Below are positions 12,038 through 23,929 of a stretch of 64,000 nt of DNA, one piece after another. Each line of letters begins with the position of its first letter. Position 1 is the first letter of the stretch. The position numbers and the translations under genes are program-made. A model generated the notes under the pieces. It was not told the DNA's origin. It searched no databases and saw only the letters and a program-made list of their open reading frames with translations. This DNA comes from Octopus vulgaris. Taxonomy: Eukaryota. The DNA is taken from assembly GCA_951406725.2 (NCBI GenBank), contig OX597817.1, positions 32,612,001-32,676,000 of the forward strand, written 5' to 3'.

Positions 12038-12592
12038 AGCAAGACTTCCGCCCGTCCCCACCCCCAACCACCCTTTAAAAAAATAATTTTTTTTCGACAC
12101 AAAGCCCCCACCCCCCTTTCGGCTACGGGGAATACGAATCTGCAAAAAAAAAAAAAAAAAAGGCAAAAATTGGCATTTTTAAATTACCACTCCCCACCCC
12201 CATTTCCTTCATTTTTTACTTTCTTCAGAATTTCTTTTTTTTTCAAAATATGCGGAAAAATACGGAGATTATGATTCTGAAAAAAATTTCCAAAAATGTT
12301 TATGAAATTATTTTTTAAAGAATTTTTTTTTTCTAAATATGCGGGAAAATACGGACATTATGATTCGGACAAAAATTTCAAAACATTTCTGTAGTTACGG
12401 TTAGTGTTTTAGGGTTAGGGGGTTAGGGTTAGTGTTGGGGAAAAAGTCAAAACTGAAGAATTGGAGGGAAGGGGAAATTTGACAATGCCGATTTTTGGCA
12501 ATTTTCAGTAACATCCGTACCCGAAAACGGGTGTTTGGGCAAAAAAAGAAAAAAGAGAAAATGGGTGTGGGGGGACGTTCGGAAGTCTTTCC
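12038..12592. mobile_element. Merlin-like MITE with internal TTAGGG-like repeats
   Basis: 8-bp TSD GAAAAGAT (12030-12037, 12593-12600); TIR (GGA)AAGACTTCCG..CGTCCCC. Confidence 0.75.
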
Positions 12593-13118
12593 GAAAAGAT
12601 TACTGAACACAGCTAGATTGACTTTCCGAGATAAACCACACGTAAACAGGAGTGTAGACATAGCTGTTTAATTAAGAACTTCCCTTTACAACTACGCAGT
12701 TTCGAGTTCGATTCTATTGTACAATAACCTTGGGCAACTGTTTTTTACATAGTAATAACTTCGAGTTATTACTAGGTAGGGGTATTTGATAGACAGAAAA
12801 GTACATCATCAATTTAGTCAGTTCGACATATCTTGTTAATGTTACCGAAAGCAGCATGACAATCGCAATTTTTAAATTGGTTTCAAATTTCAGCATAAGG
12901 CCAGCATTTTGGGGGTAAGTCGATTACATCAGCTCCGGAGAGGGTGAAAAGTAAAGTCGACCTCAGAGTACAAAGACACGAAATGCCACTTAGCATTTTG
13001 CACGGTGCAGTAACGATTCTGTCAGCTCGCCACCTTATCACAATATCAATTTCATTACATACATTTGAAGCTATATATATATATATATATATATAATTTA
13101 ATAAACATAATGTTTTAT

Positions 13119-13196
13119 GTGCTACTATTAGTTTCATGTGCTGAGAGCATGCCAGACAGTATTTCTTTAACACGTCCTAGCACAATCATCAGGCAC
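13119..13196 (-). ncRNA. Type I hammerhead motif (mirror copy)
   Basis: Reverse complement of the 13211-13291 motif with a small deletion inside stem II. Confidence 0.75.
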
Positions 13197-13210
13197 TGCC
13201 CACGTGGGCA

Positions 13211-13291
13211 GTGCCTGATGATTGTGCTAAGACACCAGACGTAAAAAATACTGTCTGGCATGCTCTCAGCACATGAAACTAATAGTAGCAC
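13211..13291 (+). ncRNA. Type I hammerhead ribozyme motif
   Basis: GTGC-CTGATGA-TTGTGCT...AGCACAT-GAAA-CTAATAG-TA-GCAC; canonical core, GUA cleavage triplet. Confidence 0.8.
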
Positions 13292-13514
13292 ATAAAAACA
13301 TATATTGTGTTTATTAAATAGTATTTACCTCTCACCAGATGGAATACATTTTTGTTGATCTTACCATCACGGAACAGTACACACACACACACATACATTA
13401 TTCATGCCTTGCCCCGCCGAAAAAGAAAAAAAAAATCGGAAATCAACAACCTTGATACTTTCAAAATAAATATATTAATTACATTTATTATTAAGATTAA
13501 GTTTCGCCTGTAGG

Positions 13515-13580
13515 CTTATCACTTACTCGGATCCGAATTTCGACAGGGAATCACCCTGGCTCATCAGAGAGATTATAACG
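13515..13580 (-). ncRNA. Solitary type I hammerhead-like motif
   Basis: CTCT-CTGATGA-GCCAGGG-TGATT-CCCTGTC-GAAA-TTCGGA-TC-CGAG; one mismatch each in stems I and II. Confidence 0.55.
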
Positions 13581-13710
13581 AATGGACTAAATTTCTTTGT
13601 CTGTCGGAATATTCATATATTCACGCATATGGTGCGCATCTTTCGTCGACAAGTATCAGATACAAATATTGGCGGGAAAACCAAGAAGAGTGTTCTTCGA
13701 GTGAAAATCC
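13527..13710 (-). other. Candidate exon of a minus-strand transcript
   Basis: CTAAC branch point about 25 nt upstream, TTCCAG acceptor, GTAAGT donor; no frame open throughout; late ATG gives MSQGDSLSKFGS. Confidence 0.35.
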
Positions 13711-14199
13711 CTGGAATATTTGTTTTACACCGAGTTAGACACTCCCGCAGTTAGAAATGAATTGTAAACCATGGGTGATACGTTGTAAACCTGTTAACCA
13801 CGAAGTGGTTTACATAATAAAAGTTAATCTGTGTCGTGGCCCTCCCGACACAATAGGTTATAGTTCAAATAGTTTAGTACTTATCTCCCCTAGATATGTT
13901 ATAACAGTTATAATGGGGTGGGGGGAGAATGTAAAGTGAAAAAATAAGCCCCAAAATCAAGAGGTGGTTTTCGCCAGTAGAAATTAACGAAGCTTGTATA
14001 TTCGGATAAGTTCTTATGCCCAGTGAATACGATCTTGACTATTTCACGATAGACCTTTTATGTGGGAGACACAAGTGTTACTTGATAATATTATAGTATC
14101 AACAAGTTGCAATTGTCCGTGTTATGGAAAACCCTTTTATCTTCTCTTCGTTTTCTGATTTCGATAAATGTAATTATAACCGGTTCATTTACTTATAAT

Positions 14200-14421
14200 A
14201 ATCTTTTCTACTCTAGGCACAAGGTACGAAATTTTTTTTTTTGGGGGGGGAGCCAGTCGATTAGATCGACCCCAGGACGTAACTGGTACTTAACTTATCG
14301 ACCCCGAAAGGATGAAAGGCAAAGTCGACCTCGGCGGAATTTGAACTCAGAACGTAAAGACGAACGAACTACTGCTAAGCATTTCGCCCTGCGTGCTAAC
14401 GTTTCTGCCAGCTTGTCGCCG
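14200..14421 (-). mobile_element. SINE family A (alternative tail)
   Basis: Same head and core as other copies. Confidence 0.85.
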
Positions 14422-15049
14422 TATTTACTTATAATATAATGAAATTGTTGTATCAAGTACTCAGGTGCACTATGCGGGTGTACCGCATTGAAGAATTTTA
14501 GTTGAACTGATCGACCCCAGTTCCTATTTTTTTTATCGTTCTTTTTTTCGCTGAACCCCTACGTTACGGAGACGTAAACACACCAACACCGGTCGTTAAG
14601 CAGTAGTGGGGGATTGTACGCGGCTTTAAAAATATATATAATGATAAAGGAAAAAGTGTTTTTCTTTTAAAACATGATAGAAGCAGCTATAGTTGGAAAA
14701 AATTTATTTCTCAATCTGCCGTTGAAAGGGAAAAGACCCCCTATAGTTTCTAATATAACTAGATTTGTCTGTGTTCATTGAAAAGTTACCGCCACAACCA
14801 CTGCGGTAGATCATTTAACAGATACTATGCAGCCAGTTACTTAGAGATTATGATACAGAAAATAAATAAATGCACTCGACCCACTGCGTATTGATCATCA
14901 CTAGCTTTTATATCCGCGTGTTTTAATTTGGTCATTGTGTTCTATCAACTTTTAAACAGTGGGTAATAATTTATCCCAATCTTGTAAAATCGGAACTGTT
15001 TTTGTACCATTAACAAACTTCTCGACGATGAAGTGTAATAAGAGGGCTA

Positions 15050-16863
15050 CACACGATCAGTAAATAATAATTACCAAGCAGGTTCGATTGCCGCTAGCAT
15101 CTTTCAAGCGTCCAGCGCAGATGTACGAGAGCTTTTAAAACTGATGTCCGCAGTATACTTATATAGCCGACAAGACTGACAACAAAGATTAAAACCTCTT
15201 CGTTCGATATAAGACTATATAAACGATTACAATAGTATGTGCATAAATGCGTATAGATATATGTTTGTAGTGATATCAAGTCAAGAGGATAGGGTTAATA
15301 CGTTTGAGTCCACGGAGAGAATTTGGTTATATCTAATACACATACGTGTACGCATACGTTTCTGTATATCTCCTTTGCATTAAGGAGAAAGAAAAAAAAA
15401 TAATACAGCCTCGCTCTCACACTAATCCTAATACACTTTCACTTGCTTTTATCCCCCCCCCCTCCCGTGTATTTCTAATAATCTTTTCTTCTTCCTCTAC
15501 TATTCTTTCATACTTTTACTTTGCCCATTTGTTAACAACATCCGACATCACTATCACCTATATCAATTTGAACGCCTTCTAATTTTCCTGCTTTCTTCTC
15601 CCGCTCCCCCTCTCCCACCATTTCCTTCTCTTCCTCTTCCTTCGACATATTATTTATTTATTTATTTATTCTTACCACTCCTCCTATCAATTAACCTCTT
15701 ACTTCACTGTCCTGCTGTCCCCGAGAGCTCGGCAATCTTGTTACCCTCCCATGCTTCTCTTTGTATATCTACGCCTGCCGTCGTCGTTGCTCTACTGCTG
15801 ACAAGCCTCCTCCCCTTCCTCCTTCCTCACAGTATTGTTGATAGCAATTACAGCTCGCACTTTCCTTCTTCTCTACACCAACCGACCGACCACAGCTAGG
15901 TAGGCAAACTTATCACATAAATATATACACATATACTCGTTTGATACACACACTTTTAGTTCATTTTTACCGTCATATATATCGTATTTATTTATTGGAA
16001 TCATTGTTGTTATTTATTTGTTTCTCTTTCAAACATTATTTTTCCACAGACTTCAACCACATTCGACACTTGCTGTGTGTTTTTTTTTTGTTTCCTCCCA
16101 CCCTTTCATTTCCTTCCTGTCCTGTCCGATTTGTCGCACATCGTCCTCGTAATATATACACACCCCCACAAGACGATATACCCAATTTACATAAGATTTT
16201 TTATACAACTAATTAATTACACTTAATGTTACACCAAACTGATAATGACACCCAAACAGTCATTCATAAAGCTTAGGAGAGAGAGACATCAGTTGTAAAA
16301 ACTGCTCCTCTTATTGCCAAGAAACTGTTCTTACCATAAGTTGATCACGTATCACAATGTTTCTGACTCATCTATATTAACAGCAGAATAACTTAGCAGT
16401 TGTTTTATTGTTAAATTGATTAGTTTGATTTATTTACTTTTAAAATTTATCCTACTATCTTGTGTGGTTTCATGTGGACAAATCGTTGTGTATGTGTGTA
16501 CGCGTGTACGGGGGTAATCGCAGTACATCGATATGTAGAAGTATGTGCTATCCGAAAGCCTGCTTTACTAAGATAATATGTACATTTTATAAAAAAAAAA
16601 AAAGGCTATGGGACGAAACGTTAAAATATTTTAGATATACATTGCATTAATCTTTCAACTAACTCCTCCGATCATCTTTGAATAGATAGTCTATGTTTTT
16701 AATTCAGAATATTTTTGAAGTATATTTGATTTCAGTCACTACGATGATTTCACATTCAATTGTTTCGGGTGTTTGTTTATGCGAAAATGGCCATATCTTG
16801 AGATTGTTGGTTGTGTATAGATATCGCGCGCGTGCGCGCTTGCTGGTATAATCTATGTACGTG

Positions 16864-16897
<34 letters not shown>

Positions 16898-17069
16898 AAT
16901 ATATATATATATATATTTACATATATATATATATGTATGTATGTATGTATGTAAATATATATATATATATATTTACATATATATATATATGTATGTATGT
17001 ATGTAAATATATATATGTATGTATGTATGTATGTAAATATATATATATGTATGTATGTATGTATGTAAA

Positions 17070-17106
<37 letters not shown>

Positions 17107-17305
17107 GTATGTATGTAAGTATATATATATTTATATGTATGTATGTGTGTGTGTATTTAACGAATTTGGTGTAAAATCGAATTATCAAGAAAAAAAAATT
17201 CGTTTTGATTGATAGAAATGAAATCAACCGACAAGTATAAGACAACACACACACACATATTAATGTATACAATGTGTGATTATACACATTCGGTTATTTG
17301 CGAGC

Positions 17306-17348
<43 letters not shown>

Positions 17349-17600
17349 GTGTGAGTGACGTCCGACAATGCGCAGTTCGACTCCCGTGTTGAGATCTGTT
17401 CTCGTACTTATATATATCGATGTGGAAAGATACTACCTTTCAACTTGGCATGTGATATATATTTATTTCTTGCCCTGCATTTATTCATTATTCTGATTGT
17501 TGCTGCGTATCTCTCTGATCGACTCGACCTGTCATCATTATTAACTGGTGTTCTCAGGTGGTTGGTTGCCTGACACCAGTATCTAAGGAATCATGTTGAC
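15050..17600. promoter_or_regulatory. Putative promoter/5' region, possibly bidirectional
   Basis: TE-poor, CpG-retaining, pyrimidine-rich unique DNA just upstream of the CpG-depleted domain; splice-like signals on both strands. Inference only. Confidence 0.35.
16855..17156. repeat. Compound (TA)n/(TATG)n microsatellite
   Basis: Directly visible. Confidence 0.95.
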
Positions 17601-20600
17601 AGAAATATTCTTCCCGCACAGAAGAGTGACAATTCATTCGACTTTTTTCTTCCAAACGAAGAATCTGTCCCATTTCGATTATCTTATTTTATTATTGCTT
17701 TTGTGTATATCTTTTTTCTATAAATTGTTTTCTGTCTTTGTTTCTTACTGAAAATTTCCATATATCTTCCTCTCTTTAGCACACATAGATTTCTATCTTA
17801 ATTCATAATTGATCTTTCTTTGAGATGAGAAAAAAGTTAGTATTTCTTAATGTTTATGATAATTTCTTATCGATCGTTAATTAATTTGAACGAACAATTA
17901 ATATTAATTACATCTGGGACTATTCCCATTAGAGTGTAGTCAGAATCAATTAAAGATAACGTTTTCAGAAAAAACAAAAAATTAATTAGTAATTCCTTGT
18001 TACATCCTATTTAAATATTCTTATATAGTTAAACATGATCTGCTAAACTGTTACTTGTAGTTAATTAGAATTTTTTTGCTAACGAATAAATTAGTTCGGA
18101 AAGCGAATAATATTTACCAATCAGTTTTGAAGTTACAAGAGAAATATGTTCTTAAACGATAAGGTATTATTTAAAAATCTGTAAGTGTAGTCAAACCTTA
18201 AATATATTTTAACAATCAAGTAGATGTGTGTGTGTACATATGTATGTATATGTTTGTTGAAATGTCTGAGTGTGTAATTTTAACTCCATATATTATTAAT
18301 AATGCTTCCCCCCCCCAGCTAAAATCGACCCAAAGCAATACTGCTGATTTGTCAATTTAGCTCCCCAAACATAGAGGAATAGGAACGTTCCTATACATCA
18401 CAATTTGTAGAAAATTATGGTATTTATGTCGTCTGTTTAACAGGTTGATTCACTTTGTAAATAAACTTTCAGCAAGTGTCAGTTGTGAATAGATTGTTAA
18501 ATGTTGGTCGAAGGAAGTCCGCCGGTTTCTTAAAAGACATTTTAAATGTGATTTAATTAAAATTACATCGATGTATTTATTTTGTCTTAATTAAATCCTT
18601 CCACCCACTTTTTTTTTTGTTTAAATCTCACCTTCGTTATAGTGTTAGATTTGAATTTGATTTATCATTTACATCCCTGGCCCCTTTAATCTGCTTATTC
18701 AGGGATTACGATAATTCAAATGATCCCATTGTTTCAAAACACTTTCAGTTGGAGATTTAGTACGTGTGTGTGTGTGTATGCATAGACATTACATTCTCAT
18801 TCACATGCATTATCACATGCATAGGCACCCCATGCACACTGGTACTTTTTCATTGAAATTATTATTTTGTTTGTTAATTTTTCTGGGACAAATTGTCTGT
18901 CAAATTGTATGCACGAACACATATAACACACATACACATATATGAGCTATGTGTTATGCATGTATAGATATGTTGCACGCATTGTTGATGTAGATATCTC
19001 AAATAATTCCAGTGGGCTCACAAGGACTGTGGGTTTATCTTTAGGTAGAAACCTTTTGGATATTTTGTTGACATTCTTAGAAGATATGGAGCCTATTTTG
19101 GAGAGTTGGGTAAACTGAAGTATATGGAATTAAGGGTGTGGCCATGAAATAACTGTATCGGATTTTAACAGGTTATGAGCTGGTAGTCCACTAGGCTATT
19201 ACAGATGTAGATACTGTATATACTGCGAACACACAGACATACATTTGAAAATATTTGCATATGTGGTGAATATATATGTGCTGAAGTTTTAGTGGTTTTT
19301 AGGAGCTAAAATACTAGATGACCAGTTGAGCCAAAGATTAATAATTGTAGATAAGTTCGTCTGCAAATAGTTTTTTTGTAAATACGTTTTCCCCCAAGGT
19401 TCATACAAATATTTGAAATTTATAAACCACCATCAGATACAGCCATGAGCTGTGTGGTTAAGGACGTGCAATAGCATATCCCATAAGTAAAGATGAATTA
19501 GGAGAACGACTTTTGCAAGTCTCTTGTCTAGTGTATCAAAACTTTATGAATAGAATTTGGCTGTCGGAAACCTACGTGGAAACCCATCTACGGAAGACTC
19601 TGGTTTTTGGATGATAGGTTTCACCCATCGACCTAGCCCATGGGTGCCATTTAGTCCTTTCTTTTACACGCATTTGTTCAGATCTCCTGTTAAAGTATAA
19701 TTTCCTTCGTTTCTCCCACCTGTTGCAAAGAGTCATGGCGCTGCTTCTTCTCTGACATAACATCATTTAACATCCACAAGTTGAACAATTTGACAGGATT
19801 CGATGGGTCTGAGGACTGCATTGTGTTCCATTGTTTGCTTTCGCATGGTTTTTATTGTTGGATGCCCTTCCTAACATCTTTAAAAAAAACTACTATAAAC
19901 AATGTAAATAGTTTATAGATGTATGTATGTAGTGTTTTAATGTGTGTGTTTATGATTGTCATTTTGAATTGCTAATGTATCTAGAATCTAACTTGAAATT
20001 TATTGCAGTTCATATCGCAATTATACATACATACACACACACACATTGTTGTGGTTGTGTAAATATGTTAGTGCATGTCTGTATCTGCAGATGTTAGATA
20101 CTTGTGAGTTTTATATATGCCAGTATGGAAAACGGACGTTAAATGATGATGATGATCACACACACACACACGCACACACACGTATATGTATACAAACACA
20201 TGTATATGTAATGAGGTCAGTCAATATATCACCTTACGACATCTAGGACAATTATATTTTACATTAAATAATACTATTTTTTTTTACTTAATTAATAGAA
20301 AGGTCATTTCCCTATATTTTCTTTTTGTTTTCGTCATTTAATTGATCAGTCAGAGGCAATACATTTTATGATTCTTAATACTTGGGTTAATTTCTTGTGT
20401 CTTATTAACCTGAAAGAGCTCTTAATATTCACTTTGGAAGCTATTCTCATCAGAATAGCATTTATTGTAAAGTAAGCATCAATTGGAAATAACATAAAAT
20501 AATATTCTTGGCAATAAAAGAAAACTTGAATTTGCAATTCCATATCACATTCATTGTCTAATAAATTCTTATATTAGATAATTAAACCTTGTCTTGTTTA

Positions 20601-21279
20601 CTCTGCTACAATTACTGAGTAGAATGGAGTATTTTCATGCCTATATGTTTCAAGCTTGAATAAAGTAATTTGGTTCAATTTATGTTAGGGCAGAGTTTGT
20701 AGAGAGAGGGTTGTATAGATTTGCCTTGCAGTATTTGTTCAAACATCTATGCTTTGAGCTCAAATCCTGCTGAGGTCAACTTTGGCTTTCATCCTTTCAA
20801 GGTCAGTAAAAAGGTACTGATCCAGAGATCAGTAAACTGGCTGAACTGATAGAGTATCAGATGAAATACCTTGTGTATTTTATTTGGTTCTTCACATTCA
20901 AACCAGCAGACTATCAAATTGTTTAATTGTCTACAAAGAACTATCTTTCTTTTTTTGTATAAATAACATTTCTGTACCAAATTTATCAACTTTTGGCATT
21001 TGTATAGTTTTTTTTGGAAGGAAATATTTCCTTCACAACAACTTGGCCATAAAATATCAGGGTGACACTTATTTTCAGCTAGGCAGATTGAAGGAAGCAG
21101 TGTTAGGTGTCTTGTCTTGGAATAAATAAAATTGCTACAAAATCTTATCTTATAACAATATAGTCCTGTCTGTAGTTCTGCAGATATGAAAGTGAGAGCG
21201 CTGCTAATATACTTTGAATTTATCTAAATTATCTTCCTTGTTTAGTGTGTGCAAATGTCTTTATGAACTTTCTTATCTT

Positions 21280-21700
21280 ACTAACTACCACCGTATGATC
21301 ACTCACATTTCCAACATCTCAAAGGTGATGGAAATAGCCATAAACAACCACCTTCTTTATTACCTTCAATTTCTTTCTCTTCTGAGTGATAATGTTCCTC
21401 TGAAGCCAGATCTACAGGAGTAGGGAGGGCTACTCTCTTGTATCACACAAACTTGACCTTTCACTTTTGAGAACTTTAATAAAAGCATGTAGTTTGTCTT
21501 TGACATCAGCAAAAACCTCATGCTCCTGTCTAGCATGTGAGCCTTCCAGTTATGATGCCTGCCTGTGAACCCCTCCCATCTCATACATTGGTAGGGGTTC
21601 TTTGATCCACATTCTGTCAATTCTAGTGATTCCTAGGGTTTGATCATGTCTCCCACATTCTTCCTTCTATACATTAATGATCTACTTGTTAATTCTTATG
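21280..21700 (+). pseudogene. LINE reverse transcriptase remnant (CR1/Jockey-type)
   Basis: NYHRMITHISNISKVMEIAINNHLLYYL..LLSD and SPTFFLLYINDL match non-LTR RT motifs; frameshifted. Confidence 0.8.
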
Positions 21701-21892
21701 ACCTTCCTATGCACACAGGCAGCATTCACTTCAATCTCCATTTCCTATCAGAATACACCATTACAATCACGATCATTATCAGTGTCATCATTTTATTTTT
21801 GCTTTCCATGCTAGCATGGGTTAGATAGTTCAATAAGATGCAGTGGGCCAGTGGAGGCTATCTTGCTCATGCACACACACACACACACACAC

Positions 21893-22220
21893 AAATTCTA
21901 TAATTATGAGTATAATTATAATTAGGGTTCAGCAAAATTTGCTTCACCACATACTGAAATTTAGAAATAGCAGTTAAACTACTATTTTACTACCATAAAA
22001 TATCTCCCAGACAGCAATATCTTATGGTAGTAAAATAGTAGTTTAACTGCTATTTCTAAATTTCAGTATGTGGTGAAGCAAATTTTGCTGAACCCTAATT
22101 ATAATTATACTCATAATTATAGAATTTTTGTATAAGTTTACCGATAATGGTTCTTTTAACATACCGAACTACTTGGTAAAATTATTAATTAATTAATTAA
22201 TTTTACCCTTTATTATTATT
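21893..22220 (+). mobile_element. PLE-like inverted element (relative of 57345-57928)
   Basis: Perfect 106-bp inverted arms (21893-21998 / 22022-22127) plus about 90-bp tail; sits between (CA)n and (TA)n. Confidence 0.75.
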
Positions 22221-22283
22221 GCTTATATATATATGTATATATATATATGTATATATATATGTGTGTATATATATATATATATT

Positions 22284-22495
22284 TATTGTTAATCCAAACA
22301 AGAAAACACAAAAAAACACAACAACGCGAGGATGTGGAACAAATATAGTATTATTGGACGCTCAGGAAAGAAGGGAAGAAGGAGGGTTTAACGTTTCGAG
22401 CGGAGCTCTTCGTCGGAAACATAGGAGAAGGAAAGATCCCGAGAAGGGAAGACAGAGGAAAAAAAATCGCCAACGGTACTCAAGAGGTCACATTT
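22284..22495 (-). mobile_element. About 200-bp mini-element with minimal HHR at 22386-22420
   Basis: GTTT-CCGACGA-A-GAGC-TCC-GCTC-GAAA-CG-TT-AAAC; next to (TA)n; copies at 28514 and 43830. Confidence 0.75.
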
Positions 22496-23709
22496 AAATA
22501 TATATTTGACTTTAAGAGTTCCTCCTAGCATGTGGCATTTATGTATAGTAATGCCCTCAATGTAAATAAATATATTTAAGAGAAAAATTAATGGATTTTT
22601 CCTTATGAGGTTTTTCACGCTAAATACTTGATAAATTCTTATAAAGATTTTATCCTATTTTTAAATTATATATATATATATATATAATTTCATCTGGGGT
22701 TTTGCTACTATACATACATTCTGGTATGCACTCTAAAAACAGCCATACTCACTAAAACATTAAAGCCATAAACCCATTTTTGTACTGTTTCTTCTCTCTG
22801 CCTTGTGTATCATTACTACAATGGCTTTGCTTCTCTAAACTAGGAATCATACCTGATGTAATCACCTCCCCTCGAGTTTTATTTCTACTGGCGTAAGCAT
22901 GACAATGTGGTTAAGAAGTTTACCTCCCAAACACATGGCATTAGGTTTAGTACTGCTGTATGACACCTTGCACAAGTGCCTTCTCTTTTTGGTCCCAAGC
23001 TGACTGATACCTTGTGAATGGATTTAGTAATCAGAAACTGTTGGTGGTCCTGTGGGTATGCAGTCAACCACATTGAAGATCCTGGGCAGGGTTCAATCTC
23101 ACCCAGATTCTGTATTAATTCAACGGCAGTGCATCAGCATGGCCGCAGCTCTGAGCTGAAATTAGAGAGAAAAAAAAATACATGTAGAGAGAGAGAAGGG
23201 TGAGAAAAGGGGAGAATAGAATAGAAGGGTTTATAATCCAGAGAGAGAGAGAGAAGGGGAGAAAAGGGGAGAATAGAATAGAAGGGTTTATAATCCAAAC
23301 TGTGTCCTCATGAAACATGCATGTTCTGGTAATTAAAAATATGTATGTAGATGTTTTAGTTTACATGAGGTGTACAATCTAACTAATTGGAAGTTCTAGT
23401 CAATGATATTTGCAGAGTAAGCGTGTATTAAGACTGACCAAACTTTCTGGTCTTTGTTTTTTTTCATATATGTATATATATGTGTGTATGTATTTGAAAC
23501 CCCCCAACTGATTTGATATGATGGTTGTAAATAATGAGCATCACCTTCAAGCAAGTGATGTTTGTTTTCCATTCTTGTCTGACCATGGGGAAATATTTCC
23601 TCTGCTTGGAAAGAAGTGAAGGTTGGTGTGGAAAAGCATCTTGGCTATAGAAAATCTGCCTCAGCAAAATTCTGTGTGATCCATGCAAGCATAGAAAAGT
23701 GGATTTTAA

Positions 23710-23929
23710 CCCTTTTGTTACCAACCCGACTGAAACCGGCTCTGGCTCTCAGTATAAATGTCTTGTTATCATAAGTTTTGAATTAAAATCTTCCACCAAA
23801 CCTTAGTCACAATTTATGTTCCTAACACCAGCTGAATAATAACTAAGTTATTTTACTAAATCCTTTGTTATGTTTAAAGTACCTGAAAGAAACACAGAGC
23901 ATCTCAAAATAAATACAGTAACGAAAGGG
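23710..23929. mobile_element. piggyBac-type MITE
   Basis: TTAA TSD, CCCTTTYGTTAC TIRs; second copy at 54859-55078. Confidence 0.85.

Larger units (their letters stand above)
13097..13380 (+). mobile_element. PLE-like palindromic element with two hammerheads
   Basis: Inverted arms centred on CAC|GTG at 13203/13204; about 60-bp one-sided tail; flanked by (TA)n and (CA)n. Confidence 0.8.

Noticed and set aside
12400-12440. Interstitial telomere
   Set aside because: Only a few imperfect units, internal to a TIR/TSD-bounded MITE.
13527-13564. MSQGDS resembling the vertebrate PAFAH1B2 N-terminus
   Set aside because: Six-residue match only; following residues differ and no further exons were found.
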